This document shows positions 42,928 through 52,136 of a stretch of 64,000 bases of DNA, piece after piece. The translations under genes and the position numbers were made by a program. A model generated the notes under the pieces. The model did no database searches and was not told where the DNA came from. It worked only from the letters and a program-made list of their open reading frames with translations. Numbering within the stretch: position 1 is the first letter of the stretch; every line of letters begins with the position of its first letter. Source of the DNA: Candidatus Aenigmatarchaeota archaeon (GTDB lineage Archaea; Aenigmatarchaeota; Aenigmatarchaeia; QMZP01); assembly GCA_016185435.1 (NCBI GenBank), contig JACPNN010000001.1, forward strand, positions 8,956 through 72,955. Direction: 5' to 3'.

Positions 42928-44445
42928 ATGGAAGAAAGCATAATCAGGATGGTTGAGCAGGCGAAGAGAATAGCCGATATAATAGCTTCCTCTGATGGCA
43001 TAAGGATCATAAGCCATTTTGACTGCGATGGCATAGCAAGCGCTTCCATTATTTCCAAGGCCCTCATCAGGCTGAAGAAAAGGTTCCATGTCAGCCTTGT
43101 AAAACAGCTGGATGCAGAGAAGATAGAGGAATTGTCATCAGAACCCTCGGCTTGCTTCATCTTCCTTGACATCGGCTCCGGCCAGCTGGACGCAATAGCG
43201 GCTCATTTGAAGGGTAAAACAGTAATAATTGCGGATCATCACCAGCTGCAGAGCGATGCGCAATATGAAAACATAAGCCATCTTAACCCGCTTCTGTTTG
43301 GCATAGAAGAAAACATTTCAGGGGCAGGAATGTCATATATCATTGCAAGGGCAATAGACAGGCTCAACAGGGACCTCAGCCAAATAGCTATAGTAGGGGC
43401 CATAGGAGATGCCCAGATAGGCAGCATAGGGAAAGAGTGGGGCCTGCTGGGGCTGAACAGGGAGATACTGAAGGATGCCGTGGCTGAGGGGAAAATAAAA
43501 GTGGGCAAGGGCATAAGGCTTTTCGGCCGCTACACAAGGCCGGTCCACAAGGCCCTCGAATACTGCATTGAGCCGTACATACCTGGCATATCAGGCTCAG
43601 AATCTGCTGCTGTGCATTTCCTTCATGAGGCTGGCATTGAGATAGCAAGAAATGACGGAAGCTTCAGAACGCTTGCTGATCTTTCTGTCGAAGAGCAGCA
43701 AAGGCTTGCAGACCACATTATTGTTGAAAGGATAGCCGGAAAAGTTACAGATGCTGAATGGATTTTCGGCGATGTATATGAGCTCTTCGATAAAAAGGAC
43801 ATCAGAGACGCGAATGAATTCGCGACGATGCTCAATGCCTGCGGCAAGCTGGAAAAGGCGTATATAGGAATTGCCCTTTGCCTCAGCGAAGAGGCGGAAG
43901 AAGCTGCAAAGGATATAATGGAGGAATACAGGAGACGGCTTGGAAAAGCGATGAGATATGTCGAAGGTGAAAAGAGCGTCAGGGAAACAGAAGCAGCCTA
44001 TTATCTGGTTGCAGGGGAGAGGATTCCTGAGAATCTGATAGCCAATGTTGCGAGCATAGCGGGCAGGAGCATTTTTACAGGGAAACCTCTCTTCGCTTTC
44101 GCAAAAACTGAAAATGGAAAGATTAAGGTGAGCGCGAGGCTGCCGAACGGCAATCAGATAAACCTGAGGGAGATAGTGAGCAGGGCAGCATCGGCAGTTG
44201 GAGGGGAAGGCGGGGGCCATATGGCCGCTTCAGGGGCCACTATTCCTTCTGATTCAGAAGAAAAATTCATCGATATTGTGGAGGAAATGCTTAAAAATGC
44301 ATTCAAACATAAAATTGACGATAGGCCGGAAGGGAAAAACGACGGAAACGCTGCAGAAGAAAACAGAGCGGCCATTGAGGAGGAAAGGAATGACGGAAAA
44401 AACAGGCTGGAAGGGAAAGGACTGGTACACTATTTTGGCTCCTGA
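42928..44445 (+). CDS. archaeal RecJ/Cdc45-like DHH-DHHA1 phosphoesterase (GAN-like)
   Basis: The DHH motifs are HFDCDGIAS, FLDIGSG, IADHHQ and GAIGDA. The DHHA1 motif is GGGHMAASG. It has an Asp/Glu/Lys-rich tail. Confidence 0.75.
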   Translation: MEESIIRMVEQAKRIADIIASSDGIRIISHFDCDGIASASIISKALIRLKKRFHVSLVKQLDAEKIEELSSEPSACFIFLDIGSGQLDAIAAHLKGKTVIIADHHQLQSDAQYENISHLNPLLFGIEENISGAGMSYIIARAIDRLNRDLSQIAIVGAIGDAQIGSIGKEWGLLGLNREILKDAVAEGKIKVGKGIRLFGRYTRPVHKALEYCIEPYIPGISGSESAAVHFLHEAGIEIARNDGSFRTLADLSVEEQQRLADHIIVERIAGKVTDAEWIFGDVYELFDKKDIRDANEFATMLNACGKLEKAYIGIALCLSEEAEEAAKDIMEEYRRRLGKAMRYVEGEKSVRETEAAYYLVAGERIPENLIANVASIAGRSIFTGKPLFAFAKTENGKIKVSARLPNGNQINLREIVSRAASAVGGEGGGHMAASGATIPSDSEEKFIDIVEEMLKNAFKHKIDDRPEGKNDGNAAEENRAAIEEERNDGKNRLEGKGLVHYFGS

Positions 44446-44962
44446 AATGTTTGGCGGCAAACCCGTATATGATACGCCGGCAACAGATGGCACGTCATTG
44501 GTTGGAAGGAGCATAACGGTGAGTATGACAGAGCTGAACGGAGACATGTCCCAGCTGCACATGAAACTGATATTCAGGATTGCTGCCATCGACGGCAAGA
44601 ACGCTCTCACAGTGTTCAATGGATTTTCCATCGGCAACGACTATTCACTGAGGCTGGTAAGGAAAAGGACAAAAAAAATCCAGTATATAAATTACATGAG
44701 CACAAAGGATAAGTGGAAAGTGCAGATATCGGCTCTGATCGTCCTTACAAGGGTCAGCTATTCAAAGGTAGGGTCGAATGTCAGGAAAGTCATGGATGAA
44801 ATTATAACTGAGTTTGTTTCAAAGCACACGATGGGCGAGGTGGTAGAGGCCGTGATAGACAAGCATCTGCAAAGAAAGGTGAGGGAAAAGGTCAACAAGA
44901 TATATCCGGCAAGGGCAAGCGAGATAGAGAAGATAGAAGTGATAAAGGCGCCTGGAAAATAA
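44390..44962 (+). CDS. rps3ae: 30S ribosomal protein S3Ae (eS1)
   Basis: KGKDWYTILAPEMFG, LVGR, TELNGD and L.F.I.....G..A.T.F.G......Y.R.LVRKR fit S3Ae. The ATG at 44390 follows GGAGGAAAGGA. The start lies 56 nt inside the preceding RecJ-like ORF. Confidence 0.85.
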   Translation: MTEKTGWKGKDWYTILAPEMFGGKPVYDTPATDGTSLVGRSITVSMTELNGDMSQLHMKLIFRIAAIDGKNALTVFNGFSIGNDYSLRLVRKRTKKIQYINYMSTKDKWKVQISALIVLTRVSYSKVGSNVRKVMDEIITEFVSKHTMGEVVEAVIDKHLQRKVREKVNKIYPARASEIEKIEVIKAPGK

Positions 44963-45016
44963 TCCATATTTTCGAAGACGTATTATTATTGGCCGTTTCT
45001 TACTGGATGGCATGAT

Positions 45017-45325
45017 TTATCGTAATCTGAAAAAATATCTGCCAAGATCCACGCTTCTGTTTTTCACCTCTACGCCCTCTTTCCTGAGAATCTCGATCTT
45101 TCTCCTTATATCATCGTCCCTGTTCCCGGAATAGCCTCCGATATCCCCGTCATTTCTGACAACCCTGTGGCACGGAACTGCAGGCGCATATGGGTTTCTT
45201 TTCAGCGCCTGGCCTATGGCCCTGTAGCCTTTGGTTTTAAGGGCCAGCCCGATTTCCTTGTATGTCGTGACCCTTCCTTTCGGGACCTTTTTTGTTGCAA
45301 TATACACCCTTTCATCAAATTTCAT
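45017..45325 (-). CDS. ogt: methylated-DNA--protein-cysteine methyltransferase, stand-alone catalytic domain
   Basis: IPKGRVTTYKEIG, RAIGQALKRNP..P.VPCHRVV and G.IGGY are present, and the PCHR active site is intact. Confidence 0.8.
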   Translation of the reverse strand: MKFDERVYIATKKVPKGRVTTYKEIGLALKTKGYRAIGQALKRNPYAPAVPCHRVVRNDGDIGGYSGNRDDDIRRKIEILRKEGVEVKNRSVDLGRYFFRLR

Positions 45326-45337
45326 GCTTCACCAACT

Positions 45338-46225
45338 CTATATTTTTGTTGTTATTATAGATTTATCCTTTACGATGATTGTGTGCTCAGCCTGCGATAT
45401 TTTCATGCCTGTCGCCTCTTTGAGGACAGGATGCGCCTCCAAGGCATTGACTGCCTGCAGCTCTTTGAGGGCAAGGGAGATTTTCAGCGTGGAAAAATAT
45501 CTGCAGAGCCATCTTTTCGCAAAAGGCAGTGATGAGAAGTCGCTCTTTGCCATGCGCAGGATCTTTCTGCTTTCATCCATCCTGACAGGCCTGTCCTGCA
45601 GGTATCTGAAGATCTCTGTGGTTCCGGTCTCCTTCACAATGCCTTTCCTTTCGCATATGAAAGGCTCGATGGCGATGACATCGCCCTCTGCAAGCTCATG
45701 CTGAATGCTGTTCCTGACATTCGGTATTGTAGGCTCGGCATGGAAATTATCCTTCTCTATCCCGTGGCCAGTAAGATTGGCAATGACGCCATATCCCAGA
45801 TCCTCAGCTGTCTGCTCTATCAGGCTCCCTATCTCGCCAACCTTTGTTCCGGGCCTTGCTATTTTTACGGCTTCGGCCAGAACCTTTTCGGCAGCATCAA
45901 CCATATCGTTTTTCCGGGAGCAGTATGTTGCAGCGAGATCCCCGATATATCCGCCAATATGGACTCCTATATCGATTTTCACTATTTCTCCTTCGCCTAT
46001 CTCCCTGTCATCCTGATATCTTGGAGTGTAATGAGCAGCTATATCGTTGATGGATATGTTTGGAGGGAATGCGGGCATGGCTTTCTTTTCCATGATTAGC
46101 TTTTCGATTCTTTCTGCCAGGTCCAGTATTTTCATCCCGGGCCTGACGAATGCCATAGCTTCGTCCCTGACTTCAGCGGCAATCCTTCCGGCAAGTATGA
46201 ATTTTCTCTCATCCTCGCTTTCCAT
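45338..46225 (-). CDS. map: methionine aminopeptidase, type 2 (archaeal)
   Basis: FPPNISINDIAAHYTP, KIDIGVHIGGYIGD, LTGHGI, IEPF and the inserted helical domain before the C-terminal AEHT are present. Confidence 0.88.
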   Translation of the reverse strand: MESEDERKFILAGRIAAEVRDEAMAFVRPGMKILDLAERIEKLIMEKKAMPAFPPNISINDIAAHYTPRYQDDREIGEGEIVKIDIGVHIGGYIGDLAATYCSRKNDMVDAAEKVLAEAVKIARPGTKVGEIGSLIEQTAEDLGYGVIANLTGHGIEKDNFHAEPTIPNVRNSIQHELAEGDVIAIEPFICERKGIVKETGTTEIFRYLQDRPVRMDESRKILRMAKSDFSSLPFAKRWLCRYFSTLKISLALKELQAVNALEAHPVLKEATGMKISQAEHTIIVKDKSIITTKI

Positions 46226-46287
46226 ATTCCACCTGAATTATACAAAACTCCCTGATTTTTATTTGCGCAGCCTGCAATAATTATGAT

Positions 46288-46671
46288 ATGATAGAGTATG
46301 AGCATGCGTCTGATGTTCTGAAGGAATCGCATGACATAATCAGAAGGCTTTCCCTTGGCCACATAGATGCAGACAGGCTTTTTTGCCTGAGAAGCAAAGG
46401 GAGCCGGAGCAGGGGGGTGATAGCAAGGTGCCATGTCCTGCCAAAGGCCCTCCAGAAGGCTCTGGGACTGGAGGCCCATTACGTGATAGAAGTCATTTCG
46501 GAAAGGTTCGACAGCCTCAGCCATGAGGAAAGGGCAAAGGTCATAATCCATGAACTCCTCCATATACCGAAAAGCTTTGGCGGCGGCTTCAGGCACCATG
46601 ACTTTGTGAGCAGGAAAAATGTCGAGAACCTTTACAGAATTTATGCGTCAAGGAAATCAGATATTGTATGA
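46288..46671 (+). CDS. predicted small zinc metallopeptidase (HExxH)
   Basis: VIIHELLHIP sits in a 127-aa protein. The stop overlaps the alaX start (ATGA). Confidence 0.5.
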   Translation: MIEYEHASDVLKESHDIIRRLSLGHIDADRLFCLRSKGSRSRGVIARCHVLPKALQKALGLEAHYVIEVISERFDSLSHEERAKVIIHELLHIPKSFGGGFRHHDFVSRKNVENLYRIYASRKSDIV

Positions 46672-47384
46672 AAGGCGCCCTCTATCTCTCGGACAGCTAT
46701 ATCCGGGAATGGGAAGCGATGGTTGAGGCGGCAGAAGGGCGGATAATATTGCTTGATTCAACTGCCTTCTATCCCGCAGGAGGGGGGCAGCCGGCTGACA
46801 AAGGGATTATGAAAAATCCAGATGGAAGGGTTTTTTCGGTTCTTTCTGTATCCAAAAGGGATGGGCGGATTTATCATGAAGTGGATTCGGACGGGCTTAA
46901 AGCAGGAGAGAGTGTATCGTGCGAACTGGACTGGGAAAGGAGATACAGGCTGATGAGGATGCACACAGCAACCCATATACTTTGCGCAGTGATTCATAAG
47001 CACACAAGGGCTCTCATAACAGGAAACCAGCTGGATGTCGAAAGGACGAGGGTAGACTTCAATCTTGACGATTTTGACAAAAATAAGGTTCAGGGCTATG
47101 CGGATGAAGCGAATAAAATAATAGCCCAGGGCAAAGATGTCAGGATATATTTTATGAAAAGGGGGGAAGCATTGTCAATACCCTCTGTCGTCAAGCTTGC
47201 CAATTCATTGCCCCCTCAGATAGAGGAGCTGAGGATAGTTGAAATACCTGGAATTGATCTGCAGGCGGATGGCGGCACGCAGGTAAGGAATACGTCTGAA
47301 ATCGGCAGGATAAGGATAGAGGCAATGGAAAACAAGGGGAAAAACAACAGGCGCATCTACTTCACTCTCGAGCAAGCACTTTAA
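46668..47384 (+). CDS. alaX: alanyl-tRNA editing protein AlaX (AlaX-M type)
   Basis: FYP.GGGQP.D.G, RMHTATHIL (HxxxH), the SAD-domain GGTQV and a C-terminus ending in RIYF are present. Confidence 0.8.
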   Translation: MKGALYLSDSYIREWEAMVEAAEGRIILLDSTAFYPAGGGQPADKGIMKNPDGRVFSVLSVSKRDGRIYHEVDSDGLKAGESVSCELDWERRYRLMRMHTATHILCAVIHKHTRALITGNQLDVERTRVDFNLDDFDKNKVQGYADEANKIIAQGKDVRIYFMKRGEALSIPSVVKLANSLPPQIEELRIVEIPGIDLQADGGTQVRNTSEIGRIRIEAMENKGKNNRRIYFTLEQAL

Positions 47385-47405
47385 TTATCAGGGCAAGAAT
47401 AATTT

Positions 47406-47918
47406 ATGGTCATGTCTGGGCTGGTTTCGGCTTTCATTTCATGGGGGCATTACATAATTGCAGCCTTCGGCTATCCCGGCCTCTTTATAGTCAGCATCAT
47501 CGGGAATGCTTCCATCATATTGCCCCTCCCAACCATACTGTTTGTCATAGCATTCGCAGAGGTGCATAAAGATTTCTGGCTTGTAGGGCTTGTTTCTGGC
47601 TTAGGAGCGGCGATAGGGGAGCTGACAGGCTATTATGCAGGCATGGGAGGGAGACTGCTGATAGAGAAAAACCATAAGCATCTTTTCGACAGGACGAAAA
47701 AATGGGTCCAGAAATTCGGCATGTTCCTTGTCATAATCTTTTTTGCAGCAACGCCTTTGCCGGCTGATGTCATAGGCATAATAGCCGGCATCATCAGATA
47801 TGATGTGAAAAAATTCCTTTTGGCGAATTTCATCGGCAAGGCGGTTAAGTTCACAGTCCTGGCATATGCAAGCGTCAATGCCATTGATTTCATACTGAAA
47901 ATGTTTGTTGGCAGCTGA
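47406..47918 (+). CDS. DedA/VTT-domain (SNARE-associated) membrane protein
   Basis: YPGLFIVSIIGNASIILPLP, G.Y.G and ATPLPADV..I.AG are present, with 4-5 TM helices. Confidence 0.65.
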   Translation: MVMSGLVSAFISWGHYIIAAFGYPGLFIVSIIGNASIILPLPTILFVIAFAEVHKDFWLVGLVSGLGAAIGELTGYYAGMGGRLLIEKNHKHLFDRTKKWVQKFGMFLVIIFFAATPLPADVIGIIAGIIRYDVKKFLLANFIGKAVKFTVLAYASVNAIDFILKMFVGS

Positions 47919-47938
47919 AGCATCTGCCTCATTGTGAG

Positions 47939-49240
47939 TTATTTCCTGTCGGCTCTTGCCTTCTGTTTTGATTGTTTCATCGAAATATACGGATACCTTG
48001 CAGGGTTTCTCATCTTCTCCCTTGTCACGCATATATGATCAGGCTGGCACACATTGAATCCAAGATAGTAGGCCTCGTTGGTGCATGCAGGCGGAGGTAT
48101 CACTTTTCCTTTCTGCATGTGATAGCGCAGCTGGGCCCTGACATAGCTTTCAGGCAGGGGGGGCCTGTTCTTTGAGTTCCATCTGGAAATCTGGCCCTCT
48201 ATCTCATCATGGCTCCACTTCATGGCCGACAGAAAATTGATCAGGACAAATAAAGCCCTCTTCCTGCCGTCCGAAAGGCCATTGAGTATAAGCTTCATGC
48301 ACGGCGGGAAAAACTCTTCCTTGACGGTCTTCTTGAATTCTATATTTCTCTTTATCCTGCCAACTGTCGCTTTTCGCCTGCCTCTTTCCTGCATCTTGGC
48401 AGAAAAATCCAGTGATTCTGCTACAAGGGCTGAAGATTCATTCTCCCTTGCAGGCCTTATGTAGGGCGCATCTGCGGAAATTATATCCGGCTTTGCCATC
48501 TCCTTCTCGAAGGGCATTACTTTGTCTGCATCTATCGGAAGGCTGGTGAGAAACGTCTTCATGTTGATGCTGTAGGGCATGCGGAAAAGGTGGCGCGGCG
48601 AAATGAGGATGGGGTCTATTTCTATTATCCTGAACGGATCGAAAGAGCCGTTTACGGTTGCCTCCTCAATTTTCTTGCCGCCTTCCTCCAAAATCTCCTT
48701 CATCGAATAATTTTTCAGGAGGGCGTCTGACAGGCTTTTCCTTGCCCTTTCTTTCAGGTACAGGATGATTTTCCTGGCAAGATCAGGATAGAGGGCCTCT
48801 GTTGGCGATGCATTCACCTTTTTCGGAAAGCTTTCGAAGGGTATGGCTATATGAAAGCCTTTGTTTCCGCTGAATTTGACAGAGACGCTCTCTATATCAT
48901 GCCTCTTTATTTCTGATATAAGGATGGCTGCGGCAATCTTTGCATGGCTGAAGCTTTTGCAGTCCAGGTCCAGTATGAGGTCCCACCCCCTCCTCTGCAA
49001 GGCATAATTGTCCCCTGAAAGCGCCATCACATTGTTCCACCTTTCGACAGAGCAGTGAAATTCAACTGCCCCTGACCTGGCCATTGCCTCTATGTCTGCT
49101 GTGTTTGTTATGGAATTCGGCCTCCTGTCGTAGCTTCCATTCTTAAAAACGCCGACAACCTCCCTGCCCCTGGCCATCGCCATCAGGGCTTCCCTAACGT
49201 CATCCCTGCAGTAATAGCGCAGCAACTCAGCAGTGTTCAT
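47939..49240 (-). CDS. DNA primase: PriS catalytic domain fused to a PriL C-terminal (Fe-S) domain-like module
   Basis: The PriS part has DLILDLDC (DxD) and FSGNKGFHIAIPF. The C-terminal part has FFPPCMKLILNGLSDGRKRALFVLINFL and PPPACTNEAYYLGFNVCQPDHIC..MRNPARY, giving four Cys arranged as in PriL-CTD. Confidence 0.7.
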   Translation of the reverse strand: MNTAELLRYYCRDDVREALMAMARGREVVGVFKNGSYDRRPNSITNTADIEAMARSGAVEFHCSVERWNNVMALSGDNYALQRRGWDLILDLDCKSFSHAKIAAAILISEIKRHDIESVSVKFSGNKGFHIAIPFESFPKKVNASPTEALYPDLARKIILYLKERARKSLSDALLKNYSMKEILEEGGKKIEEATVNGSFDPFRIIEIDPILISPRHLFRMPYSINMKTFLTSLPIDADKVMPFEKEMAKPDIISADAPYIRPARENESSALVAESLDFSAKMQERGRRKATVGRIKRNIEFKKTVKEEFFPPCMKLILNGLSDGRKRALFVLINFLSAMKWSHDEIEGQISRWNSKNRPPLPESYVRAQLRYHMQKGKVIPPPACTNEAYYLGFNVCQPDHICVTREKMRNPARYPYISMKQSKQKARADRK

Positions 49241-49322
49241 GAATAGAAATGGGAATGAAGGATTAAAATGGTGCTGTTTTGCCTTGCGCTTGCATATTAT
49301 CAGGGCGGAAACTATGCTATAT

Positions 49323-49667
49323 CTATCTTATAATTCCCATGACTGAAGAATATATGCCTTTGAGGAACAGAAGGAGGGCCATATACGCATAGAAACCGTA
49401 TGCTGCCCCGAAAAAGGATGCGAGCAGCATGGCGGCTGAAATTATATCGATTGCCCCCATTATGTTCCTGAAATGCCCTGCCGCAAAGCCTGATACAAGC
49501 GACATGAAGGCCTTTGCGAACAGGAAGGCTGAAAAGGCAAGAAGCCAGAGGCTGCCTGAAAGCTTGGAGGAGACTGATATGTACAAAACAATCCCGGCTG
49601 CTGCATCAGCAAGCCCAAGGTACAGAAGGAATGACATAACCATCACGTATAGCAGCATGTTGGACAA
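49323..49667 (-). CDS. small hypothetical membrane protein
   Basis: It is 114 aa with four hydrophobic helices. No family was recognised. Confidence 0.4.
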   Translation of the reverse strand: MSNMLLYVMVMSFLLYLGLADAAAGIVLYISVSSKLSGSLWLLAFSAFLFAKAFMSLVSGFAAGHFRNIMGAIDIISAAMLLASFFGAAYGFYAYMALLLFLKGIYSSVMGIIR

Positions 49668-49836
49668 AAGAAATAAAAGCTTGTTTTGGAGAGCATGAAT
49701 GGTTTCTGGAAACGAAAGACTGCAGGATCATTTACGGCCGTTGAAGTGAGATGACAGCATGCATGGATTATAAAGGCAAAGAGAGGGCAGGATTAAACAA
49801 AAGAAACTTTTAAACTATCTGCCCCTGATAATTCTT

Positions 49837-51276
49837 ATGAAAAAAGGGAAGTTCTTCATAACGACGCCGATCTACTATGTCAATGATGTGCCGCACATAG
49901 GGCATGCCTACACGACAATCATAGCCGACATACTGGCGAGGTGGCACAGGCTTGCGGGCAAAAAAACATTTTTCCTTACAGGCCTGGACGAGAATTCAGT
50001 TAACACGATCAGGGGCGCCAGGAAGGCCGGGATGGCTGACATAAAACAATACACGGACATGATGGCCGAAAGATGGATAAGCACATGGAAGGCCCTGGGG
50101 ATAGAATATGACGATTTCATAAGGACGACAGAGGAGAGGCACAAAAAAGCTGTCCGTGACTTCTTCAGGAAGGTTTATGCGAAAGGCGACATATACAAAG
50201 GGAAATACTCGGGGCTTTATTGCGATGCATGCGAAGCCTTCCTTTCCGAAGGCGATCTGATAGACGGCAAATGCCCCTTCCACAGGACAGAGCCCAAGCG
50301 TATCGAGGAGGAAAACTATTTTTTCCGGCTTTCGAAATATGCGGATAAGGTTCTGGAGCATATAGAAAAGAATCCGGATTTCATCCAGCCTGCCAGCAGA
50401 AGGAACGAGGTGATAAGCTTCATCAAGTCAGGCGTCAAGGACATAAGCATCTCAAGGCCGAGGACTGACTGGGGAATAGAGCTTCCAATTGACAGTGGCC
50501 ATGTCATCTGGGTGTGGTTTGACGCCCTGATAAACTATATATCGGCGCGCCCTGATAACTGGCCGGCTGAAATTCACCTGATTGGAAAGGACATCCTCAG
50601 GTTCCACACTGTCATATGGGGAGGCATGCTGATGGCTGCAGGATACGAGCTGCCGAAGGCGGTTTTTGCCCACGGCTTCTTCACTGTCAACGGCCAGAAG
50701 ATGAGCAAGACGCTGGGAAATGTCATAGACCCTGTAGAGATTTCAAGGAAATACGGGACAGACGCCATAAGATACTATCTTTCAAGAGAGATACCATTTG
50801 GCGAGGATGGTGATTTCAGCGAGGATGTGCTGAAGAGAAGAATAAATGGCGAGCTTCTTAGTGATCTGGGAAACCTTGTCAACAGGGTTATAACAATAGC
50901 GGTCAAGTTTGAGGGAAAGATTGAGGGGAAGGCAGAGCTTGAGAAATACCTTGATTTCAAAAGGATTGAGGGTCATATGGGGAAGCTTGAAATACACCAT
51001 GCCTTGGATGCAATATGGGATTTCATCAGGCAGTGCAACAGGTATGTGAACGAGAAGCAGCCATGGAAGCTTGAGGGAAAGGAGCTTTCTAACACCCTCT
51101 ACAACCTTCTGGAATCGCTCAGGATAATTTCCATACTTATCTACCCGTTCATGCCAAACACGGCAGAAAGGATTTGCGGGCAATTGGATGTGAAGCTGGG
51201 CACATTTGGCGACATCAGATTCAGAAAATTCGGGGGAAAGCCAAAGAAAGGCGAGCTGCTGTTCAGATATGTGTGA
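49837..51276 (+). CDS. metG: methionyl-tRNA synthetase (short form without C-terminal tRNA-binding appendix)
   Basis: ITTPIYYVNDVPHIGHAYT is the HIGH motif and KMSKTLGNV the KMSKS motif. A Cys-containing knuckle YCDACEAF...KCPFH is present. Confidence 0.9.
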   Translation: MKKGKFFITTPIYYVNDVPHIGHAYTTIIADILARWHRLAGKKTFFLTGLDENSVNTIRGARKAGMADIKQYTDMMAERWISTWKALGIEYDDFIRTTEERHKKAVRDFFRKVYAKGDIYKGKYSGLYCDACEAFLSEGDLIDGKCPFHRTEPKRIEEENYFFRLSKYADKVLEHIEKNPDFIQPASRRNEVISFIKSGVKDISISRPRTDWGIELPIDSGHVIWVWFDALINYISARPDNWPAEIHLIGKDILRFHTVIWGGMLMAAGYELPKAVFAHGFFTVNGQKMSKTLGNVIDPVEISRKYGTDAIRYYLSREIPFGEDGDFSEDVLKRRINGELLSDLGNLVNRVITIAVKFEGKIEGKAELEKYLDFKRIEGHMGKLEIHHALDAIWDFIRQCNRYVNEKQPWKLEGKELSNTLYNLLESLRIISILIYPFMPNTAERICGQLDVKLGTFGDIRFRKFGGKPKKGELLFRYV

Positions 51277-51290
51277 ACTGTTGGAATATA

Positions 51291-51689
51291 TCACGAAAGT
51301 TCTTTTTCAAGTCTCCTCAGGCTTTCTATTTCAGATTGCAGTTGAGGAACGCCTGTTCTTTGCTGCTCCTCTAATCTGCTGATTTCAGCCTCAGTTGTAC
51401 CAATACCATATTTTATGGCTTCTAGTAGCTGCTTGCGGCTCATATGCGCCAGGTAAGCCATGTGTTTGCCATATCCGGATCCTATTTCATATTTCTCTCC
51501 CGGTGTTTTTGCCAGATCCTCCACAGGCGACTTCAGGCTGCCTGCATATTGCAGCTCTTCTTTTTCGAAGGGCAGCCAGTTTATCTGTAGCTCGTCGTCT
51601 GCCACTAAGTAGTCTCCTCTATTTGTTTTGAAAATATGGGACACAATGCAATCATTGTTCCAAGAATTAAATACTTGAACTTTCTGCAA
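51291..51689 (-). CDS. hypothetical protein
   Basis: This is a 132-aa ORF with a coiled-coil-like C-terminus (EAEISRLEEQQ...LQSEIESLRRLEKEL). No family was recognised. Confidence 0.45.
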   Translation of the reverse strand: MQKVQVFNSWNNDCIVSHIFKTNRGDYLVADDELQINWLPFEKEELQYAGSLKSPVEDLAKTPGEKYEIGSGYGKHMAYLAHMSRKQLLEAIKYGIGTTEAEISRLEEQQRTGVPQLQSEIESLRRLEKELS

Positions 51690-51725
51690 AACTTAGGCAT
51701 ATAAACGCATGCGCTAAGATATACT

Positions 51726-52136
51726 ATGTCAATAGCGACATATGAGGAGCTTCTGGACAAAGGCCTTGCAAAGGTCCCGCAGAGGCTGAAGGAAGGAAGC
51801 AGGCTTGTGATCCCGCAGGCCGGCATTACGAGGGCAGGCCAGAGGACATTCATAAACAATTTCTTCGAAATAGCGGACACGCTAAGGAGGGACAGCAAGC
51901 ACCTCCTCAAATTCTTGCTGAAAGAGTTTGCCACGAAAGGTGAAATAGAAGGCAAGAGGCTGTCACTGCTGGGGACGTTTTCAGATGAGACTGTAAGGAA
52001 AAAGATAGAAATATATGTGATGGATTATGTCGCCTGCAAGGAGTGCAAGAAGCCTGATACCAAGCTTGTCAGGGAGGGCGAATATTATTTTGTCGTCTGT
52101 GAAGCATGCGGCGCACGGCACCCTGCAGGCGATTAG
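51726..52136 (+). CDS. eif2b: translation initiation factor aIF2 beta subunit
   Basis: YEELLDKGL..VP, RT.I.NF.EIA..L.R...HL.KFL.KE..T.G and the zinc ribbon YV.CKECKKPDT.L......Y...CEACGA are present. Confidence 0.85.
   Translation: MSIATYEELLDKGLAKVPQRLKEGSRLVIPQAGITRAGQRTFINNFFEIADTLRRDSKHLLKFLLKEFATKGEIEGKRLSLLGTFSDETVRKKIEIYVMDYVACKECKKPDTKLVREGEYYFVVCEACGARHPAGD

Noticed and set aside
43597-44220. 207-aa minus-strand ORF
   Set aside because: It is antisense to the RecJ/DHH gene and is a low-complexity shadow frame.
49760-49836. Possible C/D-box sRNA upstream of metG (AGATGA ... CTGA about 57 nt apart)
   Set aside because: The C box deviates at a core position, no internal D-prime/C-prime boxes are present, and there is no terminal pairing.
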